Source: an uncultured bacterium
GTDB taxonomy: Bacteria; Oederibacteriota; PGYV01; CAWJRG01
DNA: 64,000 bases
Assembly (NCBI GenBank): GCA_963845185.1
Contig: CAWJRG010000001.1
Location: 224,001-288,000 of the forward strand
Direction: 5' to 3'
In this document: piece by piece, positions 48,891 to 56,944 of the stretch
How positions within the stretch are numbered: position 1 is the stretch's first letter
Layout: each line of letters begins with the position of its first letter
Notes under the pieces: model-generated
Seen by the model: the letters and a program-made list of their open reading frames with translations, nothing else
Databases searched by the model: none
Told to the model about the DNA's origin: nothing
Position numbers and translations under genes: made by a program

Positions 48891-49052
48891 ATTTTTAGCG
48901 TACTGCCAATCGTGGATACATTATAATACTACGAAATGAAGGGTTCAAGAAATATTTTGATGGAAATTTTTGGAATTAATAATTGGAATTGCCCTTTTGT
49001 TGCCTACACATCCCCCTTACCACTTACCCCGTCTTTTGTCTGTTTTATGCTT

Positions 49053-49433
49053 TTATTTCAGGTTATTTTTTACCATGGCAATAATTTCTTTTGCCTTGGC
49101 AGTACAGCTTTCAGCCTGTTTAAATGTCGGCTCTATAAATTCATCAGGGTAACGCACCTGCACCGCGTAAAAATTCAATTCAGCCGCTTCAATTTTATTA
49201 AAAGACCCGTCATATTCCGCACAAAGCTTTAAAAGCATCGCAATATCATGTGTTTTGCCCGTTGTTTTCCCCTTATCGGCGAGAAATGCTTTCAGGTATT
49301 TTTCGGCGGCCTGCTGCGCATGGAAACAGACGGCGCCTTTTGCGCATTCAGTTTTCCCAAGCTTCAATTCGTGCCCGACGACTTTCATATCTTCGTCCGC
49401 TTTTTGAATCCATCGGGCCGAAATATCTTTCAT
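49053..49433 (-). CDS. HEPN domain protein (toxin)
   Basis: CFHAQQAAEKYLKA, KTHD, Y.V..RYP. Confidence 0.9.
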   Translation of the reverse strand: MKDISARWIQKADEDMKVVGHELKLGKTECAKGAVCFHAQQAAEKYLKAFLADKGKTTGKTHDIAMLLKLCAEYDGSFNKIEAAELNFYAVQVRYPDEFIEPTFKQAESCTAKAKEIIAMVKNNLK

Positions 49434-49765
49434 ATCGCGACGCCTTCTTTTTCCGCTTCATAGGATATTGTCCCTGCCTGCCTGGAAAGGACGGAAAATT
49501 CACTTTCTGTTTTTATTATTATATCGGAAGGTATGAGTTCCCCCGCAAGCGCGTTGTTTATTTCCTTAAAAAGGGCGATTTTTTCTTCAAAGCCAATATC
49601 CTGCCCGACCACCAGCAGGATATCAAAATCGCTGTCATTGTCATTATCCATTCTCGCCCTCGATCCGAAAAGTATTATTTTTTCTATAGCAAGATTTTTG
49701 GCTTCAGCGCGGGATTCGATAATCTGTCTTATTTTTTCAATATTTTTATCCGTCTCATTTTTCAT
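49430..49765 (-). CDS. Minimal nucleotidyltransferase (MNT) antitoxin
   Basis: ILFGSRAR...DSDFDILLV. Confidence 0.9.
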   Translation of the reverse strand: MKNETDKNIEKIRQIIESRAEAKNLAIEKIILFGSRARMDNDNDSDFDILLVVGQDIGFEEKIALFKEINNALAGELIPSDIIIKTESEFSVLSRQAGTISYEAEKEGVAI

Positions 49766-49839
49766 ATTTTACGCCTTCCTTTGATTGATATTATACGCCG
49801 CTGCATTTGCTCCGTCAACTCCGCATTTAAAGCTTGAAT

Positions 49840-50028
49840 TTATAGTTTCTTAAAGAAATCATTCCCGTTGTCAACGCGTATAAACCTGCCGCTGAGTGCG
49901 TCTTCCAGCCCTTTGCGTATCGCGCCTATAACCATGGGGTTCCTGTATACCCACGCTTCCCTGTCGGGAATCTCGGCAGTCGGCGAAGTCGCTTCTTTTG
50001 CCTTTTTTGGCTTTTTATATGTTTTCAT
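49840..50028 (-). CDS. Small antitoxin-like hypothetical protein
   Basis: IP..EAW.Y.NP....I.KGL.D...GR resembles the C-terminal half of AbrB-type antitoxins. Confidence 0.5.
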   Translation of the reverse strand: MKTYKKPKKAKEATSPTAEIPDREAWVYRNPMVIGAIRKGLEDALSGRFIRVDNGNDFFKKL

Positions 50029-50170
50029 TTTTTCACCTTCCTACCTAAAGTATAGCCGAAAGCGGGAAAGGTCTCAAGTGGAAAAATGGATAAAATATTC
50101 CCTAAATACATATATTTCTTGCTTTTAATTTCAAAAGCAGTTAAAATTTCTTGTATTTAATTCCAAAATA

Positions 50171-51097
50171 GTGGAGATAAGATTGGAAAACAAAAGCATT
50201 ATTGATACAGCAACAAAAGTTGCGCATGGTATCAGGAAGCGGGTTCTTGAGCACACCATCAAAAACGGCGGCGGGTACTTGAGCCAGGCTTGCTCATCTG
50301 CAGAAATATTTGCATGCCTTTATTCGGGGATCATGAATCTCGAAAAAGTAAAAACCCCTATTATGCCAAGGCTTTTTGCGGGAGTACCATCTGCATCCAA
50401 TAAGGATTATACACTGGGTTATTTCTTTAACGGCCCTCATACACGCATCTCAGACAGGTTTATTCTCTCCCCCACTCATTATTCGCTTGTATTATACGCC
50501 GCGCTCATAGAATCAGGCAGGATGGACAAGACCGGCCTTGACCTGTTCAATAAGGACGGCTCGTCTGTCGAAATGATAGGCGCCGAGCACTCTCCCGGTA
50601 TGGAGGTCATGACAGGCTCACTTGGTCAGGGACTGAGCCAGGCAATAGGCATGGCTCTTGGCCGCCGCATGAAAGGTGAAACGGGAAAAACCTTTGTTTT
50701 CATGTCTGACGGCGAATTCCAGATAGGCATGGTATGGGAAGCTTTCCAGTTCATGAACCATCATAAACTTGATAATGTCTTAATATTCGTCGACGTCAAC
50801 AAACAGCAGTGTGACGGCGCTATTAATTCAGTAATGAAAATAGACCCGTTTTCAGACAGGCTCAAAGCCTTCGGCGCCGAGGTTTTATCAATAGACGGCC
50901 ATGATGTCAATGCTTTGTTTGAGGCTGCAAAAAATCTGCATAAAGACAAACCACTGGTCGTGCTGTGCAATACCGACCCGTGCAGGTGTATCAGCGAGTT
51001 AAGGACTAACGCAGGCAAGCTGCATTATTTGAGGATAAAAAGCGATGAAGAAAGAAAGAAATACGAAGAAATTTTAAAGGAAATGGAAGGTCTGTAA
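50171..51097 (+). CDS. Transketolase-like N-terminal (TPP-binding) subunit
   Basis: DRFILS..HY, GSLGQG, SDGEFQ.G..WEA...N motif. Confidence 0.88.
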   Translation: MEIRLENKSIIDTATKVAHGIRKRVLEHTIKNGGGYLSQACSSAEIFACLYSGIMNLEKVKTPIMPRLFAGVPSASNKDYTLGYFFNGPHTRISDRFILSPTHYSLVLYAALIESGRMDKTGLDLFNKDGSSVEMIGAEHSPGMEVMTGSLGQGLSQAIGMALGRRMKGETGKTFVFMSDGEFQIGMVWEAFQFMNHHKLDNVLIFVDVNKQQCDGAINSVMKIDPFSDRLKAFGAEVLSIDGHDVNALFEAAKNLHKDKPLVVLCNTDPCRCISELRTNAGKLHYLRIKSDEERKKYEEILKEMEGL

Positions 51098-52104
51098 TGG
51101 AAATCCTTTCACAGGTCCACAACAGGAATTTAAAAGAATTCGGCAAGGATAAAAAAGAAGTGCTTGTCCTCACCGCCGACCTGACTTCTTCATGCGAAGC
51201 TGATTATTTTAAAAGCACCTATCCCGACAGGTTCATCTCCTGCGGCATCTCTGAGCAAAACATGCTATCTGTCGCAGGCGGGCTTGCGCGCGAGGGTTTC
51301 ATGCCATTTGTGCATACTTTTGCCGTATTTATATACCGCAGGGCGTTTGACCAGATAGCCATGTCAGTCGCCTATCCCAACCTGCCTGTTAAGATGTTCG
51401 GGTTCCTTCCAGGCATTATGAGCCCTGGCGGCCCAACGCATCAGGCAATTGAGGATATAGCAATAATGCGCTCCCTGCCCAATATGACCGTGCTGGAGGT
51501 TGGCGACGCTACAGAAGTGGAAAGCGTGCTTGAGCTGGCTTATGAAATCAAAGGGCCAGTATATATAAGGATGCTGCGTGGGGAAATCCCGCGGCTTTTT
51601 GATAAAAGAGAGCCAATAAAACTCGATACTCCCAGGATTATTTCAAGCGGGACTGATGTCCTTATAATATCCAGCGGCATCTGCACCGAGGAATGCATGC
51701 GTGCCGTAAATGCCTTGAAGGCAAAGGGCGTGTCAGTCGCGCACGTGCATATATCAACTCTAAAACCTTTTAACAGCAAGGAAATTGCGGACATACTCGC
51801 CATGCCAAAACACGGGATAATAACAGTCGAGAACCACACAACAACAGGCGGGCTCGGCTCTATAATCGCGGAAAAAATGGTTGAAAAAGGAATAAATAAA
51901 AAACTTTCAATGCTCGGCTTAAAAGATACTTTTGCCCATGGTGCGAGTAAACGCTACCTTATGAAGGAATATGGTTTTGACGCCTTTGCAGTTACTGCCG
52001 AAACTGAAAAGCTTATTGGGTTTAAACTCGGCATCACCGAAAAAGATCTGACAGATGCACGAATCGAAGCAGTGCATTCTGCTGCAAAGCCAGAGGCCAT
52101 GTAA
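51097..52104 (+). CDS. Transketolase-like C-terminal subunit
   Basis: ADL..S, GISEQNM, RAFDQI, GPTHQAIED, GPVYIR, ENH...GGLG. Confidence 0.9.
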   Translation: MEILSQVHNRNLKEFGKDKKEVLVLTADLTSSCEADYFKSTYPDRFISCGISEQNMLSVAGGLAREGFMPFVHTFAVFIYRRAFDQIAMSVAYPNLPVKMFGFLPGIMSPGGPTHQAIEDIAIMRSLPNMTVLEVGDATEVESVLELAYEIKGPVYIRMLRGEIPRLFDKREPIKLDTPRIISSGTDVLIISSGICTEECMRAVNALKAKGVSVAHVHISTLKPFNSKEIADILAMPKHGIITVENHTTTGGLGSIIAEKMVEKGINKKLSMLGLKDTFAHGASKRYLMKEYGFDAFAVTAETEKLIGFKLGITEKDLTDARIEAVHSAAKPEAM

Positions 52105-52135
52105 TATTGTTGATTGTCAAAAAAACGGAGGAAAA

Positions 52136-53245
52136 ATGAGGTTTTCAGTAATCTATTCTATCTCAGGGTCAATAGCAGAGGTTAAAAAGCGGGCTTTTAA
52201 TGTATGCATAGAACAAACCATAGAATTTCCTTTTCATTTAGTTAAAGATAAGTATATTAGAAATGAGATTGTCGGCAAAATAAAATCACTCAAGCCTGTT
52301 TCAAAAAATCGCTTTCTTGCTGAAATTACTTATTCCGAAGCCTCTGCAGGAAACGAGCTCACGCAGTTTTTAAATGTTGTTTTTGGCAACACCAGCATTA
52401 ATCCAGGTATAAGGATCGAGTCTATCAAATTATCCCCGGGGTTGCTGGAAAAATTCAAAGGCCCGCGTTTTGGTGTAAAAGGCATAAGAAAACTTCTAAA
52501 GGCTTATAACAGGCCACTGATTTGCTCTGCAATAAAACCAATGGGCTTGACCCCAAAAGAACTTGCCGACTTGGCCTATAAGTTTGCCCTTGGCGGAGTT
52601 GATTTTATAAAAGATGACCACGGTCTTGCGAACCAGCTGTTTTCCCCATATGAACAGAGGGTAAAACTTGTAGCGCAGGCAGTAAAAAAAGCTAATAAAA
52701 TAACAAAAAAGACTTGTCTTTATGCGCCAAATATCACTGCTGACGGAGATGATGAGATAATCAGGCGCGCAAAATATGCTAAAAAAGCAGGCGCAGGTGC
52801 TCTTGTAATATCCCCGGGTCTTGCCGGTTTTAATATTGTCAAAAAGATATCTTCTATCAAGTCAATAAATCTTCCTATTCTTTTACATCCTGCCCTTCTC
52901 GGCAGTTTTACAGTGGATAAATACTCCGGCTTTTCCCATTTTTTCCTTTATGGCCAGCTAGCGCGCATGTGCGGGGCAGACATATCAATATTCCCGAATT
53001 ACGGCGGCAGATTTTCTTTTTCAAAAGAGGATTGCAAAAATATAGCTTTTGGCTGTAAGGCCAAAATGGGCAATATTAAAAATATATTTCCCGGCCCCGG
53101 CGGCGGCATGACATTGGCAAACGTAAAGCAGATGAAGGAGTTTTACGGTAACGACGTGGTATTTTTAATGGGCGGCGGCCTTCACGAAGCAGGCCCGGAT
53201 ATTGTAGAAAACGTTAAAAAATTCAGGAAATTAATTTCAGGTTAA
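52136..53245 (+). CDS. RuBisCO-like protein (form IV)
   Basis: EQT.E, FGN.S, GPRFG, KPMG, GGVDFIKDDHGL, HPA, GGG; start at ATG 52136 after GGAGG. Confidence 0.9.
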   Translation: MRFSVIYSISGSIAEVKKRAFNVCIEQTIEFPFHLVKDKYIRNEIVGKIKSLKPVSKNRFLAEITYSEASAGNELTQFLNVVFGNTSINPGIRIESIKLSPGLLEKFKGPRFGVKGIRKLLKAYNRPLICSAIKPMGLTPKELADLAYKFALGGVDFIKDDHGLANQLFSPYEQRVKLVAQAVKKANKITKKTCLYAPNITADGDDEIIRRAKYAKKAGAGALVISPGLAGFNIVKKISSIKSINLPILLHPALLGSFTVDKYSGFSHFFLYGQLARMCGADISIFPNYGGRFSFSKEDCKNIAFGCKAKMGNIKNIFPGPGGGMTLANVKQMKEFYGNDVVFLMGGGLHEAGPDIVENVKKFRKLISG

Positions 53246-54040
53246 ATTCAGCAGTTTTTGCGCGTTCTTATAATATATTTTATCCTTTATCTCTTTATCG
53301 TTTATAACCTGCTCTATTTTTTTCTTTATATTTGCAGCCCTCTCCCACGGAAAGTCGGTGCCGAAAAGTATTTTTTCCGGGCCATGGGCTTTTATCATTT
53401 GCCTGTATAAATCGTCATTGATTTCATCTGTATATGCAGTATCAAAATAAACATCTTTACCGATAAGGTATTTCATTACATCATCCCACTGCCTGTATCC
53501 ACCCATATGCGCGAGTATAAGTTTTAAACCCTTGATTTTTAAAACTTCGGCAAATCTTTGTGGGGTGCTGTGCACATCATCATAAGCCAGGTCCACACCG
53601 GCATGAAATAAAATTACAAGGTTGTTTTTCCTGCAGGCATCGTATATTTTATTCACCCTTTCTTCATCCGGGTAAAAACCCATGTAATCAGGGTGAAGTT
53701 TGATCCCTTTTATACCGGATTTTGCTATAAACTCCAGTTCTTCATGAATATTGCCTATTTTATCAAAATCAGGATGCATTGCGCCAAAGCATATGATTCT
53801 TCCGTCAGATTGCTGGTTATTCTCAATCATTTTCCTGTTTATGCCTGTTACTTGCTCGGGTTTAGTAGCTACAGGTTGGTTTATGGAAATAGACACGCCG
53901 TCTTCGTCCATTTCTTTCCTTAACGTCGCCATATTATAGCCATATGACTTTACTTCTTCTTTTGCATTATGTATCAACAATTCCACTGCTTTTTCCGCAA
54001 TACTATCCGGGAAAAAGTGCGCATGCACGTCAATCAGCAT
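53237..54040 (-). CDS. Amidohydrolase family protein
   Basis: IDVHAH, GIKLHP, FHAG, AHMGG, LFGTDFPW. Confidence 0.88.
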   Translation of the reverse strand: MLIDVHAHFFPDSIAEKAVELLIHNAKEEVKSYGYNMATLRKEMDEDGVSISINQPVATKPEQVTGINRKMIENNQQSDGRIICFGAMHPDFDKIGNIHEELEFIAKSGIKGIKLHPDYMGFYPDEERVNKIYDACRKNNLVILFHAGVDLAYDDVHSTPQRFAEVLKIKGLKLILAHMGGYRQWDDVMKYLIGKDVYFDTAYTDEINDDLYRQMIKAHGPEKILFGTDFPWERAANIKKKIEQVINDKEIKDKIYYKNAQKLLNLT

Positions 54041-54048
54041 AAAGCCTC

Positions 54049-55131
54049 CTAGTAGTTTTTTCCAAAAACAGCCAGTCTTTTAAAAATCTTGCCTTTTTCA
54101 GAAAGTTCAATTTTTGAAGTATTGACGATTTCTTTCAAAAAGTCAATATTTCTATCGTAAAGTTGCCTGTTTACAGGATACGGTATACCGTCTTTGCCGC
54201 CATGGGCAAAGCTATATGTTATTGGATCCTTATAAGATGGCTCCTTTTTATAAATCAGCTCTGATATTAAAACGAGTGAACGCATTGACTTTGGTCCGAA
54301 GCCTTTTGTCAAAAGCAGGCTTTCGAAATCTCCGGGTTGCGTCTCGTAGGTTTTTAGCAGTATTTTTTCCATGTTTTTCGGGTTTATATCTTCCCTTATT
54401 ATCTCGTGCCTTGCAGGAAGGTCATAATTTGATATTATCCTGACCTCGCCCAGTACTTTCTCCGGGTTCTCTTTTGAAATACCAAGTGTGACATCGCGCG
54501 CGTCTTTGCTTTCATTTGCGGTCATATTCAGGACTTCATCCTCTTTTTTCTCTCCGCATATTGCCTTATGCGGCTCAATGATAAAACTTTTTATATCATC
54601 CGAAAGCCAGTGATAGCGCCTTGCGTATTTTGTCGTCCCGTTCATTCCCTGCTGGATTACGGCCCATTTGCCTGATTTTGTAAAAAGTATATGGTGAAGG
54701 TAAAGCTGGTATCCGTCCTGTATTGCGACTGAGTCGACTTTTGCCGTAAGTTTGCTTATTCTCACGTAATTTGAAGTATCTGCTCCCAGTGCTTTTGCAT
54801 GCGCAAGCAGTTCGTCCGGTGTGTTTCTTGATTTCCCGCCTTTGCCGCCTGCAACAAACACGCCTGTGTCTTTTTCCGTGCCTGCAAGAGCTTCTTTTAC
54901 CGCAGCGTTTACAGTCGTCGTAAGCCCGCTTGAGTGCCAGTCAAAGCCGAGCACGCAACCGAATGCCTGGAACCATAAAGGGTCAGACAGCCTGGATAAA
55001 ACTTCATCGGGCCCGTATTCTTTGATTATTAAAAAAAGCATTTCACGGGCAAGTTTTTTCATACGGTTAAAAAGCCAGGCAGGTGCTTTTCCTCCGTGCA
55101 AAGGTAGGTTTGCAATAGATTTTGTTATCAT
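54049..55131 (-). CDS. DUF763 family protein
   Basis: LPLHGGKAPAWL, GFDWHSSG, ARRYHW, AHGGKDG. Confidence 0.88.
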   Translation of the reverse strand: MITKSIANLPLHGGKAPAWLFNRMKKLAREMLFLIIKEYGPDEVLSRLSDPLWFQAFGCVLGFDWHSSGLTTTVNAAVKEALAGTEKDTGVFVAGGKGGKSRNTPDELLAHAKALGADTSNYVRISKLTAKVDSVAIQDGYQLYLHHILFTKSGKWAVIQQGMNGTTKYARRYHWLSDDIKSFIIEPHKAICGEKKEDEVLNMTANESKDARDVTLGISKENPEKVLGEVRIISNYDLPARHEIIREDINPKNMEKILLKTYETQPGDFESLLLTKGFGPKSMRSLVLISELIYKKEPSYKDPITYSFAHGGKDGIPYPVNRQLYDRNIDFLKEIVNTSKIELSEKGKIFKRLAVFGKNY

Positions 55132-55155
55132 CTTATTTCGTGCTCCAATCCAAAT

Positions 55156-56019
55156 CTATCTTATCTCTTTTAATCTGGATTCGTAATAAATCCTCTTGTT
55201 CTGCTCAATTTTATTCATAGTGTAAAGGTGTATGCCTTTTACGTTATTTTTTATCAGGTGGTTTATCTGGCCGACAGTGTATTGCACCGTGTCCTCGCAT
55301 ACATGCGCGTTTATGTCGCAGGAAGCTGTTGCTTTCCTGAACCTCTCAGGTATTTCAATGCTGCACAGGTTTGCCATTCTTTCCAAATTTGCTATCTTTG
55401 TAGCGGTCATAATACCCGGCAAAACAGGCACTTTAATCCCTGTTTTTACAAGCATTTCGAAATATCTGTAAAAATGATCGTTGTCAAGGAAAAGCTGAGT
55501 GGTGATAAAATCCGCGCCTGCATCTGTTTTTTCTTTCAAATGTTTTATATCTTCATCAATATTTTTTGCTTCCGGGTGTTTTTCCGGATAGCCAGCCACG
55601 CCAACACAAAAATCCCAGCCTTTTTTTATGAATTTCACAAGGTCAACTGCATACCTGAAATCCAGGAACGGTTTTTTTTCGTTTTCCGGCAAATCCCCTC
55701 TCAAAGCAAGTATATTCTGGATATTTTTATTTTTAAGCTCGTCAAGGATTTTGGCGATTGAATCTTTTGTCGCGCCTATACACGTGAGGTGGGCAAGTGC
55801 TGGAATACGATAGCTATTTTCTATTTTGTCCGCTATTTCGACTGTCCTGCCTTTTGTCGAACCTCCCGCGCCGTATGTGACACTGATAAAATCAGGCTTT
55901 AATTCCTTCAGCTGCTCGATTGTATTGTATATTACGGATATGTCATCATCGCGCTTTGGCGGGAAAACTTCGAGCGAGAAAATGAATTTTTTATTATTTA
56001 ATATGTCTTTTATTTTCAA
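55156..56019 (-). CDS. metF: Methylenetetrahydrofolate reductase
   Basis: SLEVFPPK, SVTYGAGGS, AHLTC, LALRGD, AGYPEKH, TQLF, HLYTMN. Confidence 0.95.
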   Translation of the reverse strand: MKIKDILNNKKFIFSLEVFPPKRDDDISVIYNTIEQLKELKPDFISVTYGAGGSTKGRTVEIADKIENSYRIPALAHLTCIGATKDSIAKILDELKNKNIQNILALRGDLPENEKKPFLDFRYAVDLVKFIKKGWDFCVGVAGYPEKHPEAKNIDEDIKHLKEKTDAGADFITTQLFLDNDHFYRYFEMLVKTGIKVPVLPGIMTATKIANLERMANLCSIEIPERFRKATASCDINAHVCEDTVQYTVGQINHLIKNNVKGIHLYTMNKIEQNKRIYYESRLKEIR

Positions 56020-56032
56020 TTTTACTGCCTTT

Positions 56033-56785
56033 TTATCGTCTGCTTCTTAATTTGGCAAGCAGGTTCAAAATCTCTATGTAAAGCCATACCAGGGTGACTA
56101 TTATGCCAAACGCAGCATACCATTCCATATATTTCGGCGCGCCTGCCTCTGCCCCTGACTCAATAAAATCAAAATCAAGAACCAGGTTCAATGACGCTAT
56201 TATAACGACAAAAACCGAAAACCCGATTCCTATCCATCCGCTCTGGTGTATATAAGGGATTCCTATATTGAAAAATCCGAGTATTAAATCAATCAAATAA
56301 ACCAGGGCAATTCCGGCTGTGGCGGCAAATACACCCAGCTTGAATTTTTCCGTAACTTTTATTATCCGCGACTTATATGCAAATAAAAGCATAAGGAGCA
56401 CTCCAAGCGTAAGCGACACTGCCTGTATGACAATACCCGGGTATTGCTTTTCAAATATGGCCGAAATGCCGCCAAGCACCAAACCTTCGCACAAAGCGTA
56501 TAAAGAGCCTGTAATTGCAGCTATTTTTTTGATGAATATTGTAAGTAAAGCAAAAACAAGCCCTCCAATAATCCCTGCCCACAGACAAGCCATTACTGTT
56601 TGAATATCTCCCTTATAAAACTCCCTCCATGTCCATAAAGCCGTGCATAAAAGCAATACAGAAAAGAAAAATGTTTTATTTGTGGCACCATCTATTGTCA
56701 TTTTCTGCCCGCCCGCGGCACTTTCAACTGCCTTAAAAGTGTTCTGCCCCAGAGCTGGGTTTGATGTCCTAAAAAGTCCCGGCAT
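56033..56785 (-). CDS. Bax inhibitor-1/YccA family membrane protein
   Basis: SNP, MT..G, LDFD.IE, P..MEWY.AFG...TLVWLYIEIL. Confidence 0.88.
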   Translation of the reverse strand: MPGLFRTSNPALGQNTFKAVESAAGGQKMTIDGATNKTFFFSVLLLCTALWTWREFYKGDIQTVMACLWAGIIGGLVFALLTIFIKKIAAITGSLYALCEGLVLGGISAIFEKQYPGIVIQAVSLTLGVLLMLLFAYKSRIIKVTEKFKLGVFAATAGIALVYLIDLILGFFNIGIPYIHQSGWIGIGFSVFVVIIASLNLVLDFDFIESGAEAGAPKYMEWYAAFGIIVTLVWLYIEILNLLAKLRSRR

Positions 56786-56895
56786 ATTAGTCTCCTTATG
56801 TTTGGTTTGCTTTTATAATCGTATAATCTTTATATAAAAACATCTTAATGTTTTTATATCCTGATGTCAATATTAAACAAATTCTTGATAAATAA

Positions 56896-56922
56896 AAAAG
56901 GCAACCTGTCAGGTTGCCTTTT
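56896..56922 (-). terminator. Rho-independent terminator after GH94
   Basis: AAAAGGCAACCTG-A-CAGGTTGCCTTTTTT. Confidence 0.85.
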
Positions 56923-56944
56923 ATCTTTTTAATCAAATTACAGC

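Noticed and set aside
42085..50028. Prophage or integrated plasmid
   Set aside because: No integrase, replication, ParA, structural or conjugation genes
52136..53245. CO2-fixing RuBisCO
   Set aside because: KDDH rather than KDDE, short length, and no small subunit or PRK nearby; this is a form IV RLP
56019..56033. SAM riboswitch upstream of metF
   Set aside because: Only 13 nt of intergenic space
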